DNA of 64,000 nucleotides from Kofleriaceae bacterium (GTDB lineage Bacteria; Myxococcota_A; Polyangia; Haliangiales; Haliangiaceae): NCBI GenBank assembly GCA_020633495.1, contig JACKDR010000001.1, positions 502,105 to 566,104 of the forward strand, read 5' to 3'. Shown piece by piece: positions 21,942 to 35,603 of this stretch (position 1 is its first letter; each line of letters starts with the position of its first letter). The notes under the pieces were generated by a model. It saw only the letters and a program-made list of their open reading frames with translations, ran no database searches and was not told where the DNA came from. The position numbers and the translations under genes were made by a program.

Positions 21942-23431
21942 TCGGGCCGTGGCGCCGCGCCCGCGAGCTGCGCGCGCTGGTCGACGAGGTCGCCGCGGTC
22001 GACTGGCGCGACCCGGCGTGGTGGGCGCTGATCGGCGGCACCGCCGCGGTCGAGGGCCTGGCCGCGCGCGACCGCGCCGCCGCCGCGTACCTGGTGTCCG
22101 ACGGCCAGCCCGCCGCCGACACGTTCATGGGCTGGCCGGCGCCGGCCCCGGCCACGCTGGCCGACGCGATCGCCGAGGCGATCGTCACCGCCCGCGCCGC
22201 GCGCGACGCCGTCGGCGAGCTCGACGGCACGCTGCCCGACCAGCCGCTGTCGCGCGCGCCCCTGCGTGGCGCCGCGAGCGGCGCGACCCGCCTGATCGCG
22301 GCCGCGCCGGATCGCGTCGTCTTCGTCGTCGGCGGTCGCCGGGTCGCGACCGCGCTGTCCGGCGAACCGGACGACGACCTCTGGCTGGCGCGCGCCCTGG
22401 CCCGGGCCGCCGGTGGCGACGGCGGCGTCGACGCGACCGCGCCGCGCGGCGGCGACGACGGCCCGCCCGCCGCGATCGCCGCGGTCGTCGGCGATCACGA
22501 TCCGGCGTGGGCGCGCCACCTGCACCGCCGAGCCTGGTTCGCCGGCGGCGGGCCGTGGCTCGGGCTCGGCCGCGCTGGCGCGCTCGCGCTGGCCTCGACC
22601 TGCCACCTCGTGATCGACGGCTACGGCCACGCGCTGATCGCGGCGCGGCTCGCCGCCGCGACCACGGCCCCGGCCGCGCTCGCCCGACGCCATCGCCTCG
22701 CCGCCGCGGCCGCCGCCGTCGTCGGCGACGCGCCGGTGCCGCCGCTGCCGCCGCTGCCGCCGACCGCGACCGCGCCGCCGCTGGGCGTGGCGTGGCGACG
22801 CCTCGACGCGCTGCCCCGCTTCGCGGTCCTGGGCCACGCCCTGGGGCGGACCCTGTGGGACGACGCCGGCGTGGCCGACGCGCCGATGTCGCCGGTGTTC
22901 CAGGTCCCGGTCGCGCCCGGCGATCGCGACGATCCGCTGCGCTGGCGCCGCCGCGTGGTCCACGCGCTGCTGTCGGTCCGCTTCCACGACGGCCGCGCCG
23001 AGCCGGTGACGACCTTCGCGGCGCGGGCCCGCGACGCCATCGCCCGCGAGGCCGCCCGCGACGGCCTGGCCAGCCGCCTGCTCGCCGCCGCCGCCGCGGT
23101 GCCGATCCCGCTGGCGGTCAAGCGCCGCGGCGTCGGCGCCCGCGCCGGGTGGATCGCCGGGCCGGTCGACGTCCTCGCCGGGCGCAGCGCGCTGTCGGTG
23201 CTGCGCCTGCAGCCCGGCGACGCCCCGCCGCCGCCGCCGCTGGTGGCGGTCTCGGCGCCCGGCCAGGTGCCGCCGCGCGACGCCGCCCACGCCACCAGCG
23301 TGATCACCGCGATCGCCGACGCCGACGGCGGCGCGACCGTCACCCTGGCCGGCGCCGGGACCGCCGGAGACGCCGCCGGCGCGACGCGCCTGCTCGATCG
23401 CTGGCTCGACCACCTGCGCCGGCCCGGCTGA
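21938..23431 (+). CDS. hypothetical protein, GTGA-coupled to the methyltransferase
   Basis: 497 codons of non-junk composition (HLVIDGYGHALIAARL...). No recognisable motif. Confidence 0.55.
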   Translation: MIGPWRRARELRALVDEVAAVDWRDPAWWALIGGTAAVEGLAARDRAAAAYLVSDGQPAADTFMGWPAPAPATLADAIAEAIVTARAARDAVGELDGTLPDQPLSRAPLRGAASGATRLIAAAPDRVVFVVGGRRVATALSGEPDDDLWLARALARAAGGDGGVDATAPRGGDDGPPAAIAAVVGDHDPAWARHLHRRAWFAGGGPWLGLGRAGALALASTCHLVIDGYGHALIAARLAAATTAPAALARRHRLAAAAAAVVGDAPVPPLPPLPPTATAPPLGVAWRRLDALPRFAVLGHALGRTLWDDAGVADAPMSPVFQVPVAPGDRDDPLRWRRRVVHALLSVRFHDGRAEPVTTFAARARDAIAREAARDGLASRLLAAAAAVPIPLAVKRRGVGARAGWIAGPVDVLAGRSALSVLRLQPGDAPPPPPLVAVSAPGQVPPRDAAHATSVITAIADADGGATVTLAGAGTAGDAAGATRLLDRWLDHLRRPG

Positions 23432-23516
23432 CCGCCCGCGCTGCCGCACCGCGTCGCGCGCGACCGCGCGATCGCGCTCGCAACCGTGGCGCGGATCCGG
23501 CACCGTGGTCAGACGC

Positions 23517-24320
23517 ATGCGTCACCTCGTCGTCCTCGGGTGTCTGCTCGCCTGCAGCGCGTGCGCCATCACCGAGCCGTGGCCGGCGCAGCCGATCGCG
23601 TCGCTCACCGTGACCACGTTCAACGTCGCCGGCGACGCCGCGCTCGCCGATCCCCGGGTCGCCCGCGCCATCACCGTCGAGCTGGTCGGCCTCGCGCCCG
23701 ACGTCGCGCTGCTGCAGGAGTGCGCGGCCTGCGAGCGGGTGCTGGCGACCTTGCCCGCGCCGTACGCGCTGTTCCACCGCGCCGGCTCCGAGCTCGCGTT
23801 CGTCTACGACGCCAGCCGCTGGGACGTCGTCGCCGACGGCGCGCTCCGCCTCGGCAACGACGACGACGGCTGGGGCCGGCGCGAGGCCCGCTGGATCGAG
23901 CTGCTGTCCCGCGACGACGACGCCCCGGTGGTCGCGTACTCGACCCACTTCTGCGTGCCGATCCGGTCCGCCGACGATCCCTGCGACACCGACCGCCAGC
24001 TCGCCTACGCCCGCCGCGTCGTCGCCCAGCTCGGCCGCCGCGACGTCCCGGTCGTCCTCGGCGGCGACCTCAACGTCTTCGACGGCTTCGCGGCCGGGCC
24101 GGTGGTCGCGGCGCTCGAGGCCGGCGGCCTGGTCGATCCGCTGCGCGCGGTCGACGCCGCGGCGACCGCCACCTTCGAGGGCAACGCCTGGGCGCCGCCC
24201 GGCCGCCTCGACTACCTGTTCGCGACGCCGCCGGTCGAGATCCTGGCGGCGTCGATCGCGACCGCGTCGGCCTCGGATCACCTGCCGGTGACCGCGACGC
24301 TGGCGTTCCCGGCGCGGTAG
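23517..24320 (+). CDS. endonuclease/exonuclease/phosphatase (EEP) family lipoprotein
   Basis: Lipobox LLACSAC. EEP hallmarks: LTVTTFNVAG, LLQEC, GGDLNVFDG, and a C-terminal SDHLPV. Confidence 0.75.
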   Translation: MRHLVVLGCLLACSACAITEPWPAQPIASLTVTTFNVAGDAALADPRVARAITVELVGLAPDVALLQECAACERVLATLPAPYALFHRAGSELAFVYDASRWDVVADGALRLGNDDDGWGRREARWIELLSRDDDAPVVAYSTHFCVPIRSADDPCDTDRQLAYARRVVAQLGRRDVPVVLGGDLNVFDGFAAGPVVAALEAGGLVDPLRAVDAAATATFEGNAWAPPGRLDYLFATPPVEILAASIATASASDHLPVTATLAFPAR

Positions 24321-24410
24321 GCGTCGCGCGCGCTACGTGGCGGCTCACCCCGGCCGGGTGAGCAATCCGGCGCTTCCGCGAAGGGCGCTCTCCACGCTAC
24401 GTTCGCGAGC

Positions 24411-25562
24411 GTGAAGCGTGTCGTGTTCCTACCGGGTGTGATGTGGCTCGTGGCCTGCGGGGAGCCCGCGCCCCCCGACGCCAGCGTCGACGCCGGGCCG
24501 CCGGCGGCGATCGTCGACCCTTCGTTCGGTCGAGATGGATATACCCAGCTCGACATCCGGGGGGAGCAGGTCGCGGCGATCGCGGTCCGCCCCTCCGGCG
24601 CCTTCGCGGCGATCACCTACAGCTTCCCGTACAACGGCGAGCTGACCTCCCGTCTGCGCGTGTTCCTCGACGACGGCTCGCTCGACCCGGTCTTCGCGTC
24701 CTCCGGCGTGCTGGCGCTCGACGCGTTCCGCGCCCCGCACACCGTCCTCGCCGCGGCCGACGGCCGCTGGACCGTGATCGGGCCGTGCCGGGCGACCCCG
24801 GCGCTGTGCGTGATGCGCTGGAACCCCGACCGGACCCCCGACGCGTCGTTCGGCGACAACGGGCTGGTGACGGTCGACGGCGTCGGCTACGTCGACGCCG
24901 CCGTGACCGCCGACGGCGGCGCCATCGTCATCGGCACCACCGCCGCGGCGCGCCTGACGCCGGACGGCGTGCTCGACACCACGTACGGCGACGCCGGCCA
25001 CGCCGCGCTGCCGTTCGAGACCCGCCACGCCACGATCGACGGCGCCGGAAGAGTGCTCGCGGTCGAGTACGGGGTCACGACCACCGTCACGCGGCTCACC
25101 GCCGACGGCGCCGTGGACGCCACCTACGGCGCCAGCGGCCTCGCCGCCGGGTCGGGGAACACCGGCCTGTCGACCATCGTCGCGCTCGACGACGGCGCGG
25201 TCCTGGTCGGCGGCACCTACTTCCAGGATCTGCTCGTGCTCCGGTTCGACGCCGACGGCTCGCCCTCGCCCGACTTCGCGCAGTACGGCCGCGCGGTCCT
25301 CGCCGAGGGCAGCAACGCGTTCGGCATCGCGGTCCTCCCCGACGGTCGCATCGCCGCCGCGGGCTACCACGGAGTCGCCGGCATCATCGACTGGATCGGC
25401 AGCGACGGGCGCTGGCTCGACACCTCGCTGACCCCGAACGCGATCTGGAAGGCGATCGGCACCGACGCCCAGGGCCGCGTGATCGTCGGCGGCGACGTCA
25501 GCCTGGTGCCGGGCTCGAACTCGTACGACGGGGTGAAGTTCGCGCGCTTCCTGCCGCAGTGA
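24411..25562 (+). CDS. delta-60 repeat lipoprotein
   Basis: Lipobox LVACG. At least six repeats of the D-x-x-F/Y-G-x-x-G type (DPSFGRDGY, DPVFASSGV, DASFGDNGL, DTTYGDAGH, DATYGASGL, SPDFAQYGR), spaced about 50-60 aa apart. Confidence 0.7.
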   Translation: MKRVVFLPGVMWLVACGEPAPPDASVDAGPPAAIVDPSFGRDGYTQLDIRGEQVAAIAVRPSGAFAAITYSFPYNGELTSRLRVFLDDGSLDPVFASSGVLALDAFRAPHTVLAAADGRWTVIGPCRATPALCVMRWNPDRTPDASFGDNGLVTVDGVGYVDAAVTADGGAIVIGTTAAARLTPDGVLDTTYGDAGHAALPFETRHATIDGAGRVLAVEYGVTTTVTRLTADGAVDATYGASGLAAGSGNTGLSTIVALDDGAVLVGGTYFQDLLVLRFDADGSPSPDFAQYGRAVLAEGSNAFGIAVLPDGRIAAAGYHGVAGIIDWIGSDGRWLDTSLTPNAIWKAIGTDAQGRVIVGGDVSLVPGSNSYDGVKFARFLPQ

Positions 25563-25592
25563 GGTCGCGCACCGCCGCGCGGCCGGCGTCCG

Positions 25593-27014
<1,422 letters not shown>

Positions 27015-27045
27015 GCCCTGACGGGTTCATGGTAGCCGAGGGGGG

Positions 27046-30729
<3,684 letters not shown>

Positions 30730-30762
30730 CCACGACGCGGCCGCGCCGCCGGCGCTCGCGCG

Positions 30763-30873
30763 CTACTTGAGCGCGAACCAGTAGACGGCGAAGCCGATGC
30801 CACCCAGGACGACCAGCGCGCCCAGGACGCGGTCGATGCGGAGCTTGCGCTGCGGCTGACGATGTTCGCTCAT
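30763..30873 (-). CDS. small membrane protein (36 aa)
   Basis: MSEHRQPQRKLRIDRVLGALVVLGGIGFAVYWFALK, preceded by GGGGGCGAGGAGAG. One TM helix. Tail-to-tail with metH. Confidence 0.4.
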   Translation of the reverse strand: MSEHRQPQRKLRIDRVLGALVVLGGIGFAVYWFALK

Positions 30874-30946
30874 GGCTCTCCTCGCCCCCTGCGGGATGCC
30901 GGCATCATAGCCGTAACCGCCGGCCGCGGGGCCGCGTAGGCCCGAC

Positions 30947-31762
30947 ATGCCGCGCCCTGCCAGGTCGTTCCGGTCCGCCGCCGTGCCGCTGTCGCTGCTG
31001 GTCGTCGCGGGCTGCGCGGCGGCGGCCGGCGACCGCGCCGGCGAGGCCCCGGGGACCGGCGGCGCGGCGGCGCCCGCCGGCGCCACGATCGCGGCGGGCG
31101 CGACCGACGACCCGGTCGCCCGCGCCGACGGCCCGGTGGTGCTCGAGCTGTTCACGTCCCAGGGCTGCAGCTCGTGCCCGCCGGCCGACCGGCTGCTGTC
31201 GTCGCTGCGCCGCGGCGACCGGATCGCCGGCCGGCCGGTCATCCCGCTGGCGTTCCACGTCGACTACTGGAACGACCTGGGCTGGGCCGATCCGCTGTCG
31301 TCGGCGGCGTGGTCGCGGCGGCAGAGCTGGTACGCCCACCGCCTCGGCGCCGGCCGCGTCTACACCCCGCAGCTGGTGATCGCCGGCGCCGCCGACGTCG
31401 TCGGTTCGCGCCGGGGCGACGCCGAGCGGGCGGTCGCCGCCGCGCCCGCCACCGCCGACCTCGAGGCCACGACGCGCCGCGACGGTCGCACGCTCCACGT
31501 CACCGCGACCGCGCCCGGCGGCGGCGACGCCTGGGTCGCCGTCGTCGAGGACGGCCTGGTCACCGACGTGGCGTCGGGCGAGAACGCCGACCGCACGCTG
31601 CGCAGCGATCACGTCGTGCGCGCGCTGGTCCGGGTCGCCGGCGCCGGGACCCGGGGCGACGTCGACGTCACGCTCGAGCCGAGGTGGCGCGACGTCCACG
31701 TCGTCGTCTTCGCGCAGGACGACGCCAGCGGCGCGATCGTCGCGGCGCGCGCGCTCGACTGA
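30947..31762 (+). CDS. DUF1223 thioredoxin-like lipoprotein
   Basis: Lipobox VVAGC. LELFTSQGCSSCPPAD and FHVDYWNDLGW are typical of DUF1223. Confidence 0.8.
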   Translation: MPRPARSFRSAAVPLSLLVVAGCAAAAGDRAGEAPGTGGAAAPAGATIAAGATDDPVARADGPVVLELFTSQGCSSCPPADRLLSSLRRGDRIAGRPVIPLAFHVDYWNDLGWADPLSSAAWSRRQSWYAHRLGAGRVYTPQLVIAGAADVVGSRRGDAERAVAAAPATADLEATTRRDGRTLHVTATAPGGGDAWVAVVEDGLVTDVASGENADRTLRSDHVVRALVRVAGAGTRGDVDVTLEPRWRDVHVVVFAQDDASGAIVAARALD

Positions 31763-31783
31763 CCGCGACGGCGGCGCGCCACG

Positions 31784-32188
31784 TCACGGCAGCGGGGTCA
31801 GGCCGTCGTCGCGCGGCCGGGCCGGGGCGTCGGGATCCGGCTTGGTCGGCGGCGCCGCGGCGGCGTCGTCGTGCGCGTCGTCGGCCTCGGCGGCGTCGAG
31901 GCGATCGAGGACGTCGGGCGGCACCGAGTCCTTGACCTTCACCGGCCGCGGCTCCTTGGTCGGCTGGTTGGACTCCGCCTTGGCCGCCGCGCCGTTGGGA
32001 TCGGCGAGGGTTGCCGCGCCCGCGACCGCCGCGGCGGCGCCCGCGACCACCGCGGGGTTGGGTCGCGGCACGTTCTGCAGCGCGGGTGGCCCGCCGCATG
32101 CCGGGATGATCAGGCCGAGCGCGCCGACCAGCACCGGACCCAGGACTCGCGCCTCGAGAGACGCGAACTTCGAGCGTCGCAGCCTCAT
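31784..32188 (-). CDS. hypothetical lipoprotein
   Basis: MRLRRSKFASLEARVLGPVLVGALGLIIPACGG followed by an Ala/Pro/Asp-rich tail. Normal composition. Confidence 0.5.
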   Translation of the reverse strand: MRLRRSKFASLEARVLGPVLVGALGLIIPACGGPPALQNVPRPNPAVVAGAAAAVAGAATLADPNGAAAKAESNQPTKEPRPVKVKDSVPPDVLDRLDAAEADDAHDDAAAAPPTKPDPDAPARPRDDGLTPLP

Positions 32189-32262
32189 GGTCTCAGGGTA
32201 CCAGGAACCCCGGGGCTGTCGACGGCCGATCCGGAGCGTGGCCACGCGGTGTACCGTCCGGC

Positions 32263-33287
32263 ATGCGCCCGATCGTCGCAGCCTTGCTGCTCTGCGCCGC
32301 CTGTGGAGACGACGCCCAGTTCACCGACGCGCGGGTCGGGGACGCCCGCCGCCCGGTCGACGCCGCGACGGTCGACGCCGTGCCGGCGCCCGACGGCGCG
32401 GTGGACGCCATGGCGGATGCGGCGACCGACGCCGCGACCGACGCCGCGACCGACGCCGCGACCGACGCCGCGACCGACGCCGCGATCGACGCCGCGATCG
32501 ACGCGACCGTCGGGCCAGACGCCGCCGTCATGGTCGATGCCATGGTCGCCGTCGACGCCGCCGCTCCCGACGCCGCCGTCGTCCCCGACGCCGCCGCCCC
32601 CGACGCCGCCTTCGCCGACGCCGCCACCCCCGACGCCGGCACCCCTGACGCCGCCGCCCCGACGCCGCCGTCATCCCCGACGCCGCCGCCCCCGACGCCG
32701 CCGCCCCCGACGCCGCCGCCCCCGACGCCGCCTTCGCCGACGCCGCCTTCGCCGACGCCGCGGTGTGTGCCGCGCCGCTGGCGCCCGCCGACGACGGCAG
32801 CGGCGCGGCCCGGCAGGCGGTCGTCATCTCCGAGATCGATCCCGGCGTGACGATCGAGCTCTACAACAACACCGCGTCGCCGATCGCGCTGAGCTCGACC
32901 GCCTACTGGCTGTGCTCGCCGTTCGTCTACAAGGATCTGGCGTCGCTGGCACCGGCGGTGACGATCCCCGCCGGCGGCTACGCCACGGTGCCGTGGCCCG
33001 CCGGGTTCACCGACGTCGACGCCGGCGGCGAGGTCATCCTCTACCTCGACGCCAACACCGGCTTCGGCGACGGCCTCAAGATCATGGACTTCGTGTGCTG
33101 GGGGACCAACCCGCACGGCTCGCGCCTCGCGCTCGCCGCCGGCGCCGGCAAGTGGAGCAGCGATCAGGCCTCGGCGTGCGCGCCGGCGCTCGGCGCCGGC
33201 GCCCTGCACCGCGTCGCCGGCTCCGCCGGCACCGACGCCACCCACTACGACACCACGAGCCCGCCGTCGCCGCAGACGTGCCCGTGA
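32263..33287 (+). pseudogene. lamin-tail-domain (LTD) lipoprotein with internal tandem repeats, split by a 1-nt deletion in a C-run
   Basis: Lipobox LLCAACG. (DAAT)n from a 12-bp repeat, then (PDAAA)n from a 15-bp repeat. At 32657-32660 one unit has C4 where its siblings have C5. Downstream reading becomes a PT-rich tail ending at 32850. The LTD-like domain (AVVISEIDPGVTIELYNNTASPIALSSTAYWL...GGEVILYLD) continues in the other frame to 33287. Confidence 0.6.
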
Positions 33288-34636
33288 CCACCGCATCGAC
33301 CGGCGTCGCGGTGATCGCGGCGCTCACCCTCGGTCTGGCCGGCTGCGGCGACAACGCCGTCGACGACGCCTTCGCGTGGCGCGTCGACCTGACCGATCTC
33401 GATCCGGCGCTGCTGGCCGCCGCGGTCACCGACCGCGAGATCGTGGTCGTCGGCGGCGGCCCCGGCGGCGCGGTGTTGCTGTCCTGGGACGACGCGACGC
33501 GGACCTGGCGTCGCCCCGCCCTGCCCGGCGGCGCCGACACGCTGTGGTGGACCTGGATCGGCGCCGACGACGCCGCGATCGCGGTCGGCGCCCGGGCCAC
33601 GGTGCTGCGCCGGGTCGGCGGCGCCTGGCAGGCCGACGACGTCCACGACCTGGTCGGCGGCGAGGTCACGCTGTACGGCGCGTGGGGCGCCGGCGCCGAC
33701 GACGTCTGGGTGGTCGGCGGCACGCTGGCGCCGTCGCCGACGCCGGGCGTGGTGCTGCACTTCGACGGCGCCGGCTGGCAGCTCGCCGCCGTGGTCGATC
33801 ACGCGCTGTACAAGGTCTGGGGCGCCGCCGCGGACGACCTGTGGGCGGTCGGCGAGGCCGGGACGATCCTGCACGGCGACGGCGCGACCTGGACCGCGAC
33901 GACCTCGCCGACGACCAGCCGCCTGATCGCGGTGATCGGCCGCGCCGGCGACGAGGTCTACGCGGTCGGCGGCGACGACGGCGGCGTCGTGCTGCGCTGG
34001 GACGGCGCGACGTGGGCGCGCTTCGCGACCACGCCGGCGCGGCTGTCCGGCGTGTGGACCGCGCCCGGCGCGGCGCTGTTCGTCGCCGGCGCCGACGGCT
34101 ACCTCGAGCGGTTCGGCGCCGACGACGCGGCGCCGCCGTCGGCGACCGCGCGCCGCGTCGCGACGCTGACGCCGGCGATCGATCTCCACGCCCTCGCGGG
34201 CGCGCACGGACGGATCGTCGCCGTGGGCGCCGACCTGGCGGGCGGCGCCGCCGGCCTGACCGGCACCCTGGCCAGCCACGGCGTCGCGCTGCAGGGCGCG
34301 ATCGACGCGCCGGTCGACGCCGCGGTGCCCGACGCCGGCCCCGACGCCAGCCTCGACGCCGCCGGCCCCGACGCCAGCCCCGACGCCGCCGGCCTCGACG
34401 ACGCCGGTGCAGGCCCGGGCCCGGGCGAGCCCTGCAGCTACCCACCGCCGGCGCCGCCGCCGGCGTGCAGCGCCGGCCTGAGCTGCTACCTCGTCGACCC
34501 GCCGATCGACCTGGTGTGCACGCAGACGTGCGTCACCGTCGCCGACTGCGACGCCTACGGCGCCGGCGCCTGCTGCCGCGTCCCGCACCCGCAGACCCTC
34601 GACGCGGTGTGCCTGCCGGCCGCGTACTGTCCCTGA
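33284..34636 (+). CDS. beta-propeller-like lipoprotein with Cys-rich C-terminus
   Basis: GTGA-coupled start. Lipobox LAGCG. Repeated blades (VTLYGAWGAGADDVWVVGG, LYKVWGAAADDLWAVG, VYAVGGDDGGVVLRWDG, LSGVWTAPGAALFVAG). Eight Cys in the last 70 aa. Confidence 0.7.
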   Translation: MTTASTGVAVIAALTLGLAGCGDNAVDDAFAWRVDLTDLDPALLAAAVTDREIVVVGGGPGGAVLLSWDDATRTWRRPALPGGADTLWWTWIGADDAAIAVGARATVLRRVGGAWQADDVHDLVGGEVTLYGAWGAGADDVWVVGGTLAPSPTPGVVLHFDGAGWQLAAVVDHALYKVWGAAADDLWAVGEAGTILHGDGATWTATTSPTTSRLIAVIGRAGDEVYAVGGDDGGVVLRWDGATWARFATTPARLSGVWTAPGAALFVAGADGYLERFGADDAAPPSATARRVATLTPAIDLHALAGAHGRIVAVGADLAGGAAGLTGTLASHGVALQGAIDAPVDAAVPDAGPDASLDAAGPDASPDAAGLDDAGAGPGPGEPCSYPPPAPPPACSAGLSCYLVDPPIDLVCTQTCVTVADCDAYGAGACCRVPHPQTLDAVCLPAAYCP

Positions 34637-34656
34637 TCGAGGTCGGCGAGCCGGCG

Positions 34657-35355
34657 CTACTCGACCGCGCAGCCCATCCCGCGCGCACCGGTACGGACCG
34701 CGTTCAAGGCCATGAGGCAGGCGTCCGACGCCTGCGCCCGCTCGGTCTCGCGCGCCGCCGACAGATCTCCGAGCCCTCCGAGCAGCCGGTCGCGTCCGGC
34801 CCGGAGCTTCGCCCGCTCCTCGTCGTCGACGTTGTCGCAGCGGACCAGCGCCGCGATGCTCGCCACGTAGGCGTCGCACGTCTCCACCGTCGTCGACGCG
34901 ATCTCGTCGTCCGAGGCCGCGAGGTTGCCGGTGACGACGTTCATCAGGCATACCGTCATCTCCGATGCCAGCGTCGACACCTGCTCGCGCTGGTCGTCAT
35001 CGAACACGAGGTTGCGGTACCGGTCGGCGAGGTCTCGAAAATCCCGCTCGACCTCCTGGTTGCAGCCCTCGTCGCGACACGCGCACGCGCGATCGCGCAG
35101 CGCGGCGAGGCCGCGCAGCGCGACCACCGCGGGATCCTCGGGCGGCGGCTCGCACGCGCACGCCTCGTAGCTCCGGCTCTCGGGCGCGCAGCGCTGGCTG
35201 CCGCTGGTGCCGTCGGCGCAGACGCACGCGGCGTGAGCTCCGGCGACGCACGCCGGCGGCCCGACCACGACCGACTCGCCGCGCCTGCCACAACCCGTGA
35301 AGGCCACGGCCACGAGCGCCAGCAGCCGCACACCCTTCGAGCTCGAGTTCGTCAT
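34657..35355 (-). CDS. Cys-rich lipoprotein, paralog family member L1
   Basis: RBS GGAAGGAACAGGG. Lipobox FTGCG. Cys-rich N-terminal region, ALRDRACACRDEGC module, C-terminal GCxxYV...GC module. Confidence 0.7.
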   Translation of the reverse strand: MTNSSSKGVRLLALVAVAFTGCGRRGESVVVGPPACVAGAHAACVCADGTSGSQRCAPESRSYEACACEPPPEDPAVVALRGLAALRDRACACRDEGCNQEVERDFRDLADRYRNLVFDDDQREQVSTLASEMTVCLMNVVTGNLAASDDEIASTTVETCDAYVASIAALVRCDNVDDEERAKLRAGRDRLLGGLGDLSAARETERAQASDACLMALNAVRTGARGMGCAVE

Positions 35356-35603
35356 CGCTGGACCCTGTTCCTTCCGCGCGTCGGTGCCGCCGAGTCTGTC
35401 GCACATCGGCGCGCGCGCACAACCCGAGCGCGCCCGGTGCCGGCGCGTGCCAGCGCTTGCCTGCGCGATCGCCGTCGACGAGCCGCGATCGCGCGCGCGT
35501 GACGCCGCGTACCGGCAACGTCCGGGGCTTGCCGGATTGTGCGGCGTCGGCCGCGTCGGAGCGCGTGCTACTGCCGAAGCCAGATTCTCGAGGGAGGAAC
35601 GCG

